Source: Octopus vulgaris (Eukaryota). From it: a stretch of DNA of 64,000 nucleotides. Positions 26,462 to 40,339 of this stretch are shown here, piece by piece. A program made the translations under genes and the position numbers. The notes under the pieces are model-generated. The model was not told the origin of the DNA. It searched no databases and saw only the letters and a program-made list of their open reading frames with translations. The stretch covers positions 72,664,001 through 72,728,000 of the forward strand of contig OX597821.1 of the NCBI GenBank assembly GCA_951406725.2. The letters are read 5' to 3'. The first letter of the stretch is position 1. Each line of letters opens with the position of its first letter.

Positions 26462-27890
26462 AATTATTATTATTATTATACATGTGTAGAAGGTTATACA
26501 ACACAGGTGGCAGACGACAGTTTGAAACCTGTTTTGTTCTGCATACAACAGCAACATGATAGCATTGTGCACAACAGCAACATGACACTATACTTAAGAG
26601 TAACATTATCTGGAGGATCACCGAACATAGCATGAGGCAACCAGGTGCAAAGAAGGACAATGAAAACTGAGGCTGAAGCTGCCCACCCCTTGTGGGAATG
26701 GGTGGGGGTAAACGAAGGATTAATGACAGTGTTGATTACAATTATAATTCCTGAGAAACAAAAACACAAATTTTAATGAGAAAGTTTCACTGATTGAAAT
26801 CAATCAAGAATCCATGTATGACTGGAACTTATTTTATCAACTCTGGAAGGATGTAACGGAACTACTGAAGGATGTTTCTCAATATTTTCCCTCCTCTGAC
26901 AATTCCCCCATTTATTTGATAGCGAAAGGCAGGTGATGGTAAATTGGAATCAAAAGATGTGCATTCAGTATTGTTGATCTAAGAAGAATGGTAAGAACAA
27001 TGGGAAGAATCAGAAGAACAAAGAAGAGAAGATGGAAAAAACAATCTGGTTTTAAAAAAACACACCAAAAAACTCCAAATATTTGTCTAATATAAGCTGA
27101 AGGATACCCGCCCCCACTCCCTTGCTAAAAAAAAAAAAAGAGAGAAAATCTGTAGGTGGATAAGCATCAAACTTTAATGGGAAAATGAGGAGGGGGCTGG
27201 GGTTATCAGTGAAAGGGCCCAACTGTCTGTTTATCTTCTCTTTTATCAACAATTCTGAGAAATCCTTTTGTATGACACCTGGAAAAGAGATCCTTACCCT
27301 TCCCTGCGACCCACTTATGTTTATGTCCAACACACACAAAAAGCATTGATATTCATTACAATCAGAAACACTGAACTATTTTCCAAATCTTCTTCTAAAA
27401 GTGTGGCAGAAAGAAAGAAAACACAGTTCTGTTTATTTGTACCAGTTTCAGATTGAATGGAATAAACAAAGACAAGCCTCTAACACCAAACACCAGAACT
27501 CTCTAGAAACAGGACACTTTGACCTTTTTTCTGTTTAGCTAACTTGTATCAATAACAACAGATTTTTGTGATAAAAATATAAATAAAAAAAAGGTAAATT
27601 GGTTTAGAGTAGTAAAGAAATAAATAAAGGAGACAAGCGCCCTATTATTACAACCCAGATTTGGGTGTCAGAGGAGGCAGACAATGGAGCAGGGCAGGAG
27701 GTAGATTAATCAAATTTAGTAGACAGTAGGTTTTCAGCTCAGGTGTGGCTGAATCTACACCCAAACACCTCGTTCCTGCCACCTGAAAACCAAATAAACA
27801 TCTTTAAAGGTGAGATGGAGAGAGAAAAAGTTTACCCAACCTTCTAAGAAAACAAGGACACTGACATATGTGCTTAAGATCTTATACTGG

Positions 27891-27921
<31 letters not shown>

Positions 27922-28499
27922 AGAGGGGAGAAAGAGAGAGAGAGGAGGGGAGGGAGAGAGAAAGAGAGAGAGAGAGGGTGTGCTTAGCTATTCATTCTCA
28001 TCACTGGAATGGGTACATTTAGGTGCAGCAGCAGATGACTTCTTTTTTTTTTTTAGTGTTTAAGAGTGCAGAACAAAGTAAATAGGAGTTAAGAAGCAGC
28101 TTGAAGTGAAAAAAAAAAGACAATAAGGATACAGAATGAGAGAGGTGGGAAAAACAGTAGTGGTGGTGGGTGAAGTAAAAAGGAAAAAAAAAACAGAAGC
28201 AAATGTAACTAAATAAGAGAAAAGAAAATTATATTCTAAGAGAAGCCTTAAACAATTTGACTTGCATTCCATTGAATGGAATGCAAGTCAAATACTCACA
28301 GAGTGCAAAAATATGCATAACTTTTCTTATTAAATGATAGAAGTTATTCATTCTTCACATGTTGGAAACTTATTCCCCTAGAGTAACATTTTGTCATGTT
28401 CTCTTTTTTTTTTTTTGCTGCCAAATAATGGATTCAAAGCAGAACCATTGTGCTGTCATTGAGTTGTTAACGAAGGATGAGTGTGGGCTGTCCGAAGCT

Positions 28500-28754
28500 C
28501 CCTGTGCCAGTGGCATGTAAAAACCACCATCCGAATGTGGTCGATGCCAGTGCTGCCTGACTGGCTCCTGTGCCGGTGGCACATAAAAAGCACACACTAC
28601 ACTCTTGAAGTGGTTGGCGTTTGGAAGGGCATCCAGCTGTAGAAACTCTGCCAGATCAGATTGGAGCCTGGTGCAGCCTCCCGGCTTGCTAGTCCCCAGT
28701 CAAACCGTCCAACCCGTGCCAGCATGGAAAACGGACGTTAAACGATGATGATGA
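28500..28754 (+). mobile_element. RTE LINE 3'-tail copy
   Basis: Conserved tail. Confidence 0.8.
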
Positions 28755-28764
28755 TGGTGGTGGT

Positions 28765-28940
28765 ACAGGTTGTTTGAAAAGATGACACCAATGACAAGAG
28801 CGACAGACGCAAAATGGATGAAGAAGTTCAAGGAAGGAGAAACGAGCATTGAAGACAAATCACCCAGTGGGGGACCATCAACTGTGACCACTGACAGGAA
28901 TCACCAGCATGTGGATGAATTGATTCACACAGACAGATGA
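28765..28940 (+). pseudogene. Mariner transposase N-terminal (HTH) fragment
   Basis: KWMKKFKEGETSIEDKSPSGGPSTVTT..VDELIHTDR resembles mariner WxxxFxxGxxSxEDxxRSGRP. Confidence 0.7.
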
Positions 28941-28944
28941 CTGA

Positions 28945-29440
28945 ATGGCCCAGTGGTTAGGGGAGCGGACTCGAAGTCGTAGGATTGTGGTTTCGACTCC
29001 CAGACTGGGCATTGTGAGTGTTTATTAAGCGAAAACACCTAAAGCTCATCGAGGCTCCGGCAGGGGGTGGTGGCGAACCCTGCTGTACTCTTTCACCACA
29101 ACTTTCTCTCACTCTTTCTTCCTGTTTCTCTTGTACCTGTATTTCAAAGGGGCCAGCCTTATCACACTATATCATGCTGAATCTCCCCCCAGAACTATGT
29201 TAAGGGCACACGTGTCTGTGGAGTGCTCAGCCACTTGCATGTTAATAAATGAGCTGCGACGTCACTGGTGCCAAGCTGTATCGACCCTTTGCCTTTCCCT
29301 TGGATAACACTGGTGGTGTGGAGAGAGAGGAGGCTGGTATGCATGGGCGACTGCTGATCTTCCATAAGCTTGTGCCTCAGAGGGGAATTTTCTAGGTGCA
29401 ATCCCATAGTCATTCATGACTGAAAGAGGCTTTTACCCAT
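28945..29440 (+). mobile_element. SINE family C
   Basis: TGGCCCAGTGGTTAGG..GTTTCGACTCC head; body shared with 46461-46757. Confidence 0.75.
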
Positions 29441-31214
29441 TACCCTATGTACATATAATGGCATGGAGAAGGGAGGCTGGTATGCAATGGTGACTGCTTG
29501 CCATCCATAAACAACCTTGCCCAGACTTGTGCCTCAGAGGGTAACTTTCTAGGTGCAATCCCATGGTCATTCATGACCGGGGGTGGGGTCACAACACAAC
29601 AACAACGCATTACAGAAGACGGTAGAAGACAGTGGAAAGTGCATGCAAAATGGGTATTTTTGGCAGTTGACACTCAATTTGAAGAAGAGAAGGGTGGAAA
29701 TCTGTTCTTATCTACTGGAAGCATTTGAAGCTAATAAAGGCACTTTCCCCCCCAATCTGGTGACAGGCTGGCATCTGGGTGGATCTTTATGATCCACCCA
29801 GGGTCAGACTATGGAATGGTATCACAACTCCAAGACCTGAAAAGTTCAAGAGCTAACAATTTCATACAAATTTTGAAACTAAAACCAAGACTAATTTGGT
29901 GGATACTAAGAACAGCCAATGATGATGATGCTTGTGGAGAAAGTATCTTGTAATCTTCCAGCTGGGGAGCTGCTAGGAAAGAATCAGAGGACACATGCAT
30001 CCATGATGATAACTTTCTGTGACAACCCTGCCTCCAGGAATTTTCCCTATTTATAGCCTCACTCCATTAATGCCAAATGTATCATTGCTCTAAATAGTAG
30101 AAATCTGAGGAAAATAGTGATCACTCTCTAGTGATAAAAATTAATTCCCTAAAATTCACAAAATGGAATAAGAATTCTTTTACCATAATACACAAGTTAA
30201 TGTTTTTAAGTTAAGTCATTCATTAGAGGAGAAATGACGGGAGGTTGGCAGTAAACTAAGTAATTTATTGGTCTCAAGGAGGATCTAGGAACCCTTGAGT
30301 GTTCCTACACATCTAATTAATGATTAACTAGGTTGTGCAATATTGAACTTAATTTGTTAGTTTACTCAAAATCATACACACACACAGTTTCTGTCTCTCT
30401 CAACATTTCTGATGAGTTGAATAACTTTTTTTTTCTCCAGAATTGCATAAATATATAGAAAAACAAGGTAGTATCTGTCTGGCAAGTTTGTTTCTAAGTA
30501 ATACCAAATGTGGAACAGTGGTTTTATTGACTCTAATGAATCAGATTTCTATTTTAGCTTATCAACCACCAACACACAAAAATGTAAAAGAAAAAAAGGA
30601 AAAAAATAACAAAAAAAAACCCCCTGTAAGTTAATCAAAACAGTTGTATAGGAAGAGCATATAAAATGGTGTTTCTAGAACAAAATGTTTTTATAAAGAC
30701 AAGTCTTTTAGCAATTAAATGATTAGACCATATTCTTAACCTAATAACTGAGAAAAAATAAATAAACTGAAAGTTTAGTGGAGTCTGAAAAACATGGTGA
30801 AATGGCCGGGATGTGTAGCTTTTGATGTAAAATATATGGTGTCTAGATGTCAGATAATTAAAAATAAAAATAAATACAAGGCCCTTAAAAATGCTGGTTA
30901 AACTAAACAGATGTTTTTTAGATAAATTGATCTCTTAGCATTTTCTTCAGTAGACTTTACAGAAATAATGAATAGTGTCTACAATTAGCCATTTAATTGA
31001 CCAGGTGCCTGCATAGAAAGGCTCAAGTTTTTTGTTTATCCCATTTAAAGAGAAGCATGCAGACCTCTATCTTTAACAAGCTCTAAAACTAAAAAACATT
31101 ATATTCTTCCAGCAGATGCCAATGTGTATGTGTGTAACTTCAACAAGTTTTATAAAAAAAATTACTTCACTTTCCCCAATATCAGCATCCTTTTTACATA
31201 ATGTAATCATCATT

Positions 31215-31601
31215 ATCATCATCATCGTTTAACGTCCGCTTTCCATGCTAGCATGGGTTGGGCGATTTTACTGAGGACTGGTGAACCAGATGGCTGCACC
31301 AGGCTCCAATCTTGATCTGGCAGAGTTTCTACAGCTGGATGCCCTTCCTAACGCCAACCACTCCATGAGTGTAGTGGGTGCTTTTACATGCCACTGGCAC
31401 GGGGCCAGTCAGAAGGTACTGGCAACGACCTCGCTCGAATCTTTTACACATGCTACCAGCACAGGTGCTAGTAAGGCGATGCTGTTAACGATCCTGCTTG
31501 AATGGCGCCTTTTACGTGCCACTGGCATGGAGGCCAGTTAGGCACTCTGGCAACGATCACGCTCGGATGGTGCTCTTAGCACCCTACTAGCATGGGGCAC
31601 C
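31215..31601 (-). mobile_element. RTE LINE 3'-tail copy
   Basis: Reverse tail with subrepeats. Confidence 0.85.
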
Positions 31602-31952
31602 AAGTTATTCAAAACAGGTCTCTTCACTTCCCAGTATCAACATCATCCTTACAGATGCTCATTACATTGCTACCAGAACATTTGGAACTAAAAAAAAAAC
31701 AAAAAAAAAGAAGCTTCTAACATCAGACATCAATGATTTGCTGCCACATCCAACAGTACCCACTCTTACACAGATGACCCCCCCCTCATTCCCTTCCAAC
31801 CGAGACACACAACATGCCAAATCCACACCCAACTCCATAAACAGAGAAACCTGAAAAGCACCCACCAATGAGAATATGTCAATTTGTCTCTTTCAACAAC
31901 AAGAAAAGATCACACCCACTCCATAATTGTGAGCAACACTCTACAAGAGCCC

Positions 31953-32181
31953 TTAACCCTTTCGTTACCAACCCAGCTGAAACCGCCTCTGGCTCTGTAG
32001 TACAAATGTCTTGTTTTCAAATGTTCAGAATTAAAATCTTCCACCAAACCATAGTCACAATTTATGTTCCTAAGACTCGCTTAATGATAGCTAAGTTGTT
32101 TTACTAAATTCTTTGTTATATTTAAAGTAATTGAAGGAAACACAGAACATCTCAAAATAAACACAGTAACGAAAGGGTTAA
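31953..32181. mobile_element. piggyBac-type MITE
   Basis: TTAA duplication and 12-bp TIR. Confidence 0.9.
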
Positions 32182-32259
32182 AATCACTTCCAATTTTAAG
32201 GTCCCACTACTACCAAGAAATTCCCCAGGTGGAATCACATTATTAACAGAACAATTTCA

Positions 32260-32420
32260 GTCCCTAACATCACCAAAGCTGCAGTGATGAGGTCCAGAAT
32301 GGAATATTGCTCCCATGTCTGGGAGGGTGCTGATGCACATACACATTCTAGACTGCATCCAGAAAAGAACCACCTGGTTGAGTGGCATAAAGTCACTCAC
32401 AGACACAAGCCAGCTTCTGG
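32260..32420 (+). pseudogene. Degenerate CR1/Jockey-group LINE RT C-terminal fragment
   Basis: RSRMEYCSHVWEGA motif; a similar relic lies near 61890-62200. Confidence 0.5.
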
Positions 32421-34016
32421 TAGAACAGTCTCCTCTAGCTGTTCTTTTGTGTTGCCTCTGCTCATGCCACCTCCAATTAGGAATTCCCATCCAACTCCAC
32501 CATGACCCACACTGTGTACAGCCTTTTGTTCTCTCAATGTTGGAAGCCCTTCCCAGTGCCAACCCCTAACTGTTTTACAAGCAAAGTAATAATCTTCCAG
32601 GACATGTTTGAATGGAGAATTGCAAACAAATGACAGCATATTAAGCTTTTTTGTGTATAGAGATTGTGCAGCATCTCCAGAAAGACACACTGCAAGCGAA
32701 TGGTGCCAACTGCATGAACAGTTAAGCCATTGTTTACAACCAGTGAACATATATAAAAACTAGGGAAAATCCACATGCACCCGTGCAAACGCTAACTTAC
32801 ACACATATAGTCTAACCTAAGTAAGCAGGGAAAGTGGATGTTGGAATGATGTCTATACATACACACATGCATGTTATATATATGACAGACATCTTTTAGT
32901 TTCTGACTAACAAATCCACCCACAATTTTGGTTGGTCTGTGGCTATAGTAGAAGCCATTTGTCCAAGATGCCAAACTGTACAACTGAATACGAAGCCACA
33001 TGGTTGCAAAGCAAACTTCTTCACACAGCTAAACCTGCACCTACACACCCTTTATTTATTCCATCTTTCCATAAAATCTAAAATTGGATAGGTATAGCTG
33101 ACTTTCATTATTGCAGCAGAATTGGTAGATTCTTAAACAAAACATTGTACGAGTATTTAGTTACATCCTTTTTTATCTTCTGGGTCAAGTTGCGACTGGG
33201 ATTGACTTTCACTATTTCAGGTGAGATAAAACAAGCACAGTCGACTGACTACACACAATTCGGGTCAGCAAAATATTTTCAGCAATGTCAAATCAAATTT
33301 GTCTATCTTCAGACAAAATAACAAACTAAAAGATTTAATTACTAAAGGAACCCCAGTCGAAAATCAAAGGCAACCAAAAGACTAGGAAACGGTTGTTGAC
33401 AAAGGCATTGTTTGACTTAAACAACAATGATAAAACTTTCATGTTATTCAAATGCAAAGACAAATCTATGTTGTCATACATGTCCAGTTCATACACACTG
33501 GTCAACGTATCACCCCCCCCCTATTCTGTGTGACATGTTTGTAGCAGTTGAGGGTCATTGATACATCAGACATCACAAATAAAGTTAAACACCTGAATCA
33601 AAGAGACCAAAAGATTAGCCAACAGACATTCATAATACACAAATTTAATGAAGTTAAAGACAAGATACGATGCTCAACATCCTGAGATCAAATTCCTTTG
33701 GGATTAACTTTGCCTTTCGTCCCTTTCATATCCTTAAAATAATAGTCAAATAAATTACAACCTTTCTGAAACAATGTGTAGTACCGTGTGCCTATGTCAG
33801 AAAATAATTTATACATTTGTTACTGTTTAGATTCATATCACATTTTTCTGTAGAAACTTAATGACAATGGACACAGTTCCGTATCAGTGAGAAAATCTGA
33901 ACCACTAACTTTAGAAGTTAATTGGTTGATATCCTATATCAACTTAGTATTTTCAGTTCACATTTTTTGCATAAGCAAAGGGTGTGTATATCAGCGAATA
34001 CTAATATCATTTCTAA

Positions 34017-34228
34017 GGTAGGGAAATGGCAGAATTGTTAGCATACCGGTCACAATGCTTAGCAGCATTTTGTCTGTCTATGTTCTGAGTTCAAATTCCA
34101 CCCAGGTCAACTTTGCCTTTCATTCTTTCAGGGTTGATAAAATAAGGACCAGATGAATACCGGGGTCACTGTAATCAACTTCTCCACCTCTCACAAAAAT
34201 GCTGGCCCTGTGTCAAAATTTGAAACTA
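34017..34228 (+). mobile_element. SINE family B
   Basis: GAGTTCAAATTCC B box and TTGCCTTTCAT..GATAAAATAAG core. Confidence 0.75.
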
Positions 34229-34241
34229 AACATTGACTAGT

Positions 34242-35085
34242 GACCAAGACCTTTGGTGATGTGCTGTGCTTGAGAGGACCTGTCAAGCCAAGTGTTCCCA
34301 TGCTAGTAGCATGTAAAGAACACCTTTCAAGTGTTGGGCCTCACGGAGGCAATGACCAAGACCTTTGGCATTATGTCGTGTCTGAGAAGAAGACCCATCA
34401 AACTGAGCAAAATTGCAGTTGTGGCAGATACCAGTGTCATGCAAATTGGCACCCATGCCAGTGGGATGTAAAAGCACCCATTACACTTGTGGAGTGGTTG
34501 GCATTAGGAAGGGCATCCGGCTGAAGACAACTAGACCAAATCAGACTGGAATCTGGTGCAGCATGCCAGCCTCGGTCAAACCATCCAACTCATGCCAGCC
34601 TGGACAACGGACGTTAAAAGATGATGATGATGATGATTAATATCACCTACAGTTTTCAAATATTTTCTGCCAGCATAGATATCCACCTATAATAATTTTG
34701 CAAGTAGTAGGGTGCTAAGAGCAGCATCCGAGCGTGATTGTTGCCAGAGCGGCTATCTGGCTTCTGTGCCAGTGGCATGTAGGAGGCACCATTCGAGCAG
34801 GATCATTACCAGCATCACCTTACTGGCACCTGTTCTGTTGACAAGTGTAAAAAAATTCGAGCGAGGTTGTTACCAGTACCGCCTGACTGGCCCCCATGCC
34901 AGTGGCACGTAAAAGCACCCACTACACTCTCGGAGTGGTTGGCATTACGAAGGGCATCCAGCTGTTGCAACTCTGCCAGATCAAGATTGGAGCCTGGTGC
35001 AGCCATCTGGTTTGCTAGTCCTCAGTCAAGTCGTTCAACCCATGCTAGCATGGAAAGCGGACATTAAACGATGATGATGATGATG
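34242..35085 (+). mobile_element. Two adjacent RTE LINE 3'-tail copies (34242-34637 and 34707-35085)
   Basis: Each ends in the tail plus (GAT)n. Confidence 0.8.
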
Positions 35086-35931
35086 AAGAAAATGGCTTCC
35101 TAAAACATACAGGAAATCTCAGACAAGTAACGTTGAGTTGATACAACAGCTTCTATGTGATATGAACACTTGGTTGAGGAACATGAAAACCTACATGAGT
35201 GCAAAGAGCATATGTTTGTGGTAGAGAAGGATAGCATTGATGGAATCAACTCTGTAGAGTCATACAAAACAATAAACTATTGATTGGTATAACAGGTTTC
35301 CAACCCAATTAGTGAGTTTCATTTTGCTTGTTTTACAGTTAACAGAAAAAAAAACCTTTATGATTAAATCAAACAAACCTGCTATTTTAAATACCCTCAA
35401 TCCCTGGACTGGTAAATATACATACTAATAGAACTATTTTATTAACAATTGCTCCTCTACAGGAACTGGTTTGGATATTTATTTAGTTTCACTGTTTAAA
35501 CCTAGACTGTTCAATATACTAAAATACACCACCACCACCACCACCTCCTCCTCTCACATAATGATTGTAATGATGGAACTGAGCAGAAACATTGAAACTT
35601 CAGCTATGAAATACACTCTGCTGCCCATATTAGATGCTTTTTTTTTTCTTTCTTGTTTCAACACCCAAATCGCACATCTTTAGATAAATATTCTTTAAAA
35701 ATTGCTTAAATATACTCTGCATTGAAAGTATAAGAGTGGACTCCAAGCAAATATAAAAGATGCTTGAGTGAATTTGTGTTTCCTGATCCGTTTTATATTT
35801 GTGTTAATGTTCTGTTTATATGCAAAATATTTGCCATGAATTATAAATTCTTGATTTGAGGAAAACCTTTTATATAATTTCCACCATAGCAGTTAGGGAA
35901 GAGGTGAAGCGATGTTATATCTGGTGCCTTT

Positions 35932-36140
35932 AAGGCGGCAAGCTGGCAGAAACGTTAGCACGCGAGATGAAATGCTTAGCGGTATTTTGTCCGTTTTTAC
36001 ATTCTGAGTTCAAATTCCACCAAGGTCAACTTTGCCTTATGGGGTTGATAAAATAAGTACCAGTTGCATACTGGAAATGATCTAATCAACTGGCCCCCAC
36101 CCCCAAAATTTTGGGCCTTGTGCCTAGAGTAGAAAAGAAT
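35932..36140 (+). mobile_element. SINE family B
   Basis: GGCGGCAAGCTGGCAGAAACGTTAGC head, B box and core. Confidence 0.8.
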
Positions 36141-37322
36141 ATTTAATTCCATCTCTTTTGTACTGAGTTCAAATCACATCAGAATTGACTGATTTTCTCC
36201 ATGATAAATAGGTAGGCGTAAATCCAATTATGCTCGTCACCTCTTAATTTGCAATCTTATGCCAATATAACTAATATTATTTGTTGATATTAGTGTCCAA
36301 TGTTGCTCCACAGTATGGCATCAGATGTGATTACTAAATCAAACTTGTTGACAGACACCAACCTTTAAGTTGGTGCCATTTGTGGTTCTTCCAAAATAAC
36401 TCCAATCAAGAAGTGTTCTTGTGAAGATGGCTCAATTCCAGAAAGTGAATCATAACCAACTTACTTCTCATTCTTCACCTCAGGAAGTCAACCAACTGTA
36501 AAGTATTGCAACTTTTATCTCATAAGGGAGGGGGAGGGAGGGGAGGGAAAGAGAGACAAGGAGGGGGAAGGGAGAGAGAGAGAGAGAGAGAGATAGAGAG
36601 AGAAAGAGAGAGAGATTTGCCCAAGCAAGAATATTAAGAATATTCTGGTATGGCCTGTTAGCAGAAAGCAAAAACGGTTTGACAAATAGCAGAAGTAGAT
36701 ATGGTTTCTTCAAACTGCCAAACCGAATAGCTTGTGGCATGCATTTTTTTTTTTTACACAGGAAGTTGTCAAAGCAAATTCAGATTTATGTCCATTTCCT
36801 GCAGGTCTAATAATATACCATAAAACACTTAGAACTCTAAATGGTTTAGTAACAAGATGTCAAGAAGTTGGTGGCCACCAAAGCAGATGCCATGTTGTAC
36901 AATGACAGATTTCAGAATCCATAAACCCACCCACTTAAAAAAAGAAGAAAAGAAAATATACTGATTTTTCTATTTTGTTGTTTAACCCCAGGTCAGCTGT
37001 CACCGAGCAGCACTATGAACAGGGTGCTCCAGCTGTGAGCATCCATCTGTTTTTTTCTAGATCTATAACCCAACTCAGTTGAGGTGATGGGGTGGGGTCT
37101 TGTGGGTACTTGGTGGCTTTACTGGTGCTGATACCACATAAAGAGCACCCAGTAATTAAGTGGTTGGTGTTAGAAAGGGCAACCAGCTGTAGAAACCATG
37201 CCAAAGCAGGTGCAGATAACCCCCACCCTGGCTTGTTTGCTCTTCTCAAACCCAAAGCAGCAGAGAAAGGATGTTAATGATGAAGACTGCATTTTAAAGT
37301 AAATTATCTAATGCATTAAATT

Positions 37323-37714
37323 TTATGTTTTTATTTGTTTCAGTGATTTGACTGTGGCCATGCTGGAGCACTACCTTTTAGTTGAGCAAATTGACCCCAG
37401 GACTTATTGAAAGCCTAGTACTTATTCTATCAATCCCTTTTTGCCAAACCGCTAAGTTATGGGATCGTAAACACGCTAGCATCGGATGTCAAGCGATGTT
37501 AGGGGGACAAACACAGACACCCAAACATATACACACACATACACATATATAGGATGGGCTTCTTTCAGTTTCCGTCTACCAAATCCACTCACAAGGCTTT
37601 GGTCAGCCTGAGGTTATAATAGAAGTCACTTGCTCAAGGTGCCATGCAGTGGAACTGAACTCGAAACCATATGTGGTTGGTAAGTAAGTTACTTACCACA
37701 CAGTCAGTCCTGCA
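37323..37714 (-). mobile_element. SINE family A, near full length
   Basis: Reverse complement of 14216-14577. Confidence 0.85.
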
Positions 37715-37949
37715 CTAGGTTTGATTTTGAAATATTTAGTTGTTATTTCTAGCAGATTGAATGACCATGTAGGAGCTCTCCCATTAGTTTCTGGTTGTGA
37801 AACAAACTTTATTTTGGGGGCAAAAAAGGGGATGGCAAAATCAAGCGCTTCAGATAAAAGGTCTTGTGATATTTAGTCACTCCTTTGTTTTAAACTCTTC
37901 TGACCTTGACTTTGTCTTTCATTCTTTGACTTCACTTGACTTGAGACAG

Positions 37950-38345
37950 CATTCACCCGGGGTGAGTTGAGCTGGCTTCATTCATCCTCAATGCTGCATC
38001 TCTCACAAACGCCGACCGGACCTGGCGATTTGAGGCTAACGACCATGTGATCCCCAACCACTCCTTATTCCAGCGGCGAACGCCATAGATATGGGGGCTT
38101 AGGTTGGGTTCCAGATCAGCCTTGACTGTCATCAGCCAGGTTTTTTGTTGTCCACCACATCGATTTCACCAACCCTGAAGGGGAGCTGGGGCAATTGATT
38201 CATAGATGAATTGTCCTGGTTGACGACAGAGGGCATGACCCAGCCTAAGCAGATGTCTCGTTAGGATGACTTGTCGGAGGGAGGTGACTTTGCACTGGTG
38301 TTGCACTGAATTGTTGGAGACAAAGTGATGCCATTCCTTAAATGG
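37950..38345 (-). pseudogene. Degenerate RTE-clade LINE C-terminal fragment from a different family
   Basis: Minus strand encodes LGHALCR..GGQQKTWLMTVKADLEP..YGVRRWNKEWL..LASNRQ. Confidence 0.65.
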
Positions 38346-38596
38346 CCAATAAAATAGGCACCAACAGTACCATAGTCACTATAGTGTCTCATAACACTTT
38401 TCACTGTAACAAACTGAAGAACTGGTCTCCATGGAATGATTCTGCACTGCAGTGACTTTTTTCCATTGCTTCTCCAAGTGCACAGAAAGAATTGAACCTG
38501 GAACTACAAGCTAATGGACTATGGCTGCTTAGAGCAGAGAGTTGTTCCTATTTTGTAATTAGGAGGACCAGGTCACTTGAGAGTTAAGAGCTCTGT

Positions 38597-38977
38597 CCAT
38601 TGAGTCAAGTACATCAACATCAAAATAAATATCAAATGGAATTGTAGTTGTGATACCTGTGTCGGTGGCACATAAAAAGCACCATCCGAACATGGCCGAT
38701 GCCAGCGCCGCCTTGACTGGCTTCTGTGCCGGTGGCATGTAAAAAGCACCAACTGATCATGGCCGATGCCAGCGCCGCCTTGACTGGCTTCTGTGCCGGT
38801 GGCACATAAAAAGCACCCACTACACTCACGGAGTGGTTGGCGTTAGGAAGGGCATCCAGCTGTAGAAACACTGCCAGATCAGACTGGTGCCTGGTGCAGC
38901 CTCCTGGCTTCCCAGACCCCTGTCAAACCGTCCAACCTGTGCTAGCATGGAAAACGGACATTAAACGATGATGATGA
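38597..38977 (+). mobile_element. RTE LINE 3'-tail copy
   Basis: Subrepeats plus tail. Confidence 0.85.
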
Positions 38978-40137
38978 TATATGATGACAGCAGGATACAA
39001 AATACCAATTCCTTCATTAATTGTCTGTAGCTCTAACCATTCCATCATCTGCCCCATCACCAGTGATACACTGGAAATTAAGTCAATAAAACATACCCTT
39101 CCTCTATAAATGCAACTGGTGCCAATGAAAGGATTTAATTGGAGAAGAGACATTTAAGTTAAACATGGGACTCAGTTTTCAATTCTTAAGATTCCATTTG
39201 AATTATGTCACTAAATCTGTTGGGAAAAACACAACCATCACAGAATCTTCTGTTTTGCCTCATTTATATATGAGAGATTATGTAGAGACCCATTTCTCTC
39301 TGAGGTTACTTTCTAATCTGGGAGTGCTTCCATATCAAGGATTGTATAGGAAGAGGTGAAGTCAGTCATGTGCCAGTCGATTCGGTTATCATTATCATTT
39401 TCTGACATCATCATCATCGTTATATGCAAAGGTTAGATTGTCAAAAATGGTAAGAGCACCAAGAAGCTTTCTTGGTGCTCATCACCACTAAATTCAAATC
39501 AGAATTTTTTATTTATTTTTTTTGTAAGTTGCAGGTCAATAAAACAAGTATAAATTGTACACTGGATCGAGGTTATGCACCAATGTGAGAAGCTTATTAT
39601 TATTATTAGTTCTTAACCTATCCAGTGTTTCCAACACTACTATTACTACTACTACTACTACTACTACCAACAGTTCCAGCACCACAAAAAAGGTTATTAT
39701 ACACACCACCATCACCACTGCCGCGGCTGCCACTTCCACCCCATCTTTCTTGTTGCTTAATCAAGGCTACTGGTTATTACTCTTATTAAACCCAAAAGAA
39801 ATTACTATTATTAGAATGCCAATAATAAATGTCAACATACATATATGTAGGTATGTATATTATATATATATATATGTATATGATAGGTAGATAAAACTTG
39901 CTTAGAAGAGGATGCATGGCGTTCAGTCATCTAATAATATAAATAATATTATACATGCATATATATATATATATATATATATATGCATATGTACATACTT
40001 ACATCTATATGTATATGTATGCATATGTGGGCACAGGACATCATGAAATGTGTACAACAAAAAAGTAAAAAGTACAAGTACATGGAATATGAACTATTTT
40101 TTCAAACAACAAAAGACACAAATGGAAAACAAGACAC

Positions 40138-40178
<41 letters not shown>

Positions 40179-40296
40179 TCATCATCATCAAACATCCACT
40201 TTCCATGCTGGCATGGGTTGAACAGTTTAACTGAGGACTGGCAGGCCAGAAGGCTGCACCAGGCTCCAATCTGATCTGGCAAAGTTTATTTATTTA

Positions 40297-40339
<43 letters not shown>

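Noticed and set aside
26494-26769. Minus-strand ORF following a good splice acceptor (~26752)
   Set aside because: No recognisable homology, and it ends in a stop with no donor linking it to the WW exon.
39454-39480. 12-bp-arm palindrome GAGCACCAAGAA-GCT-TTCTTGGTGCTC
   Set aside because: Isolated, single copy, no supporting context.
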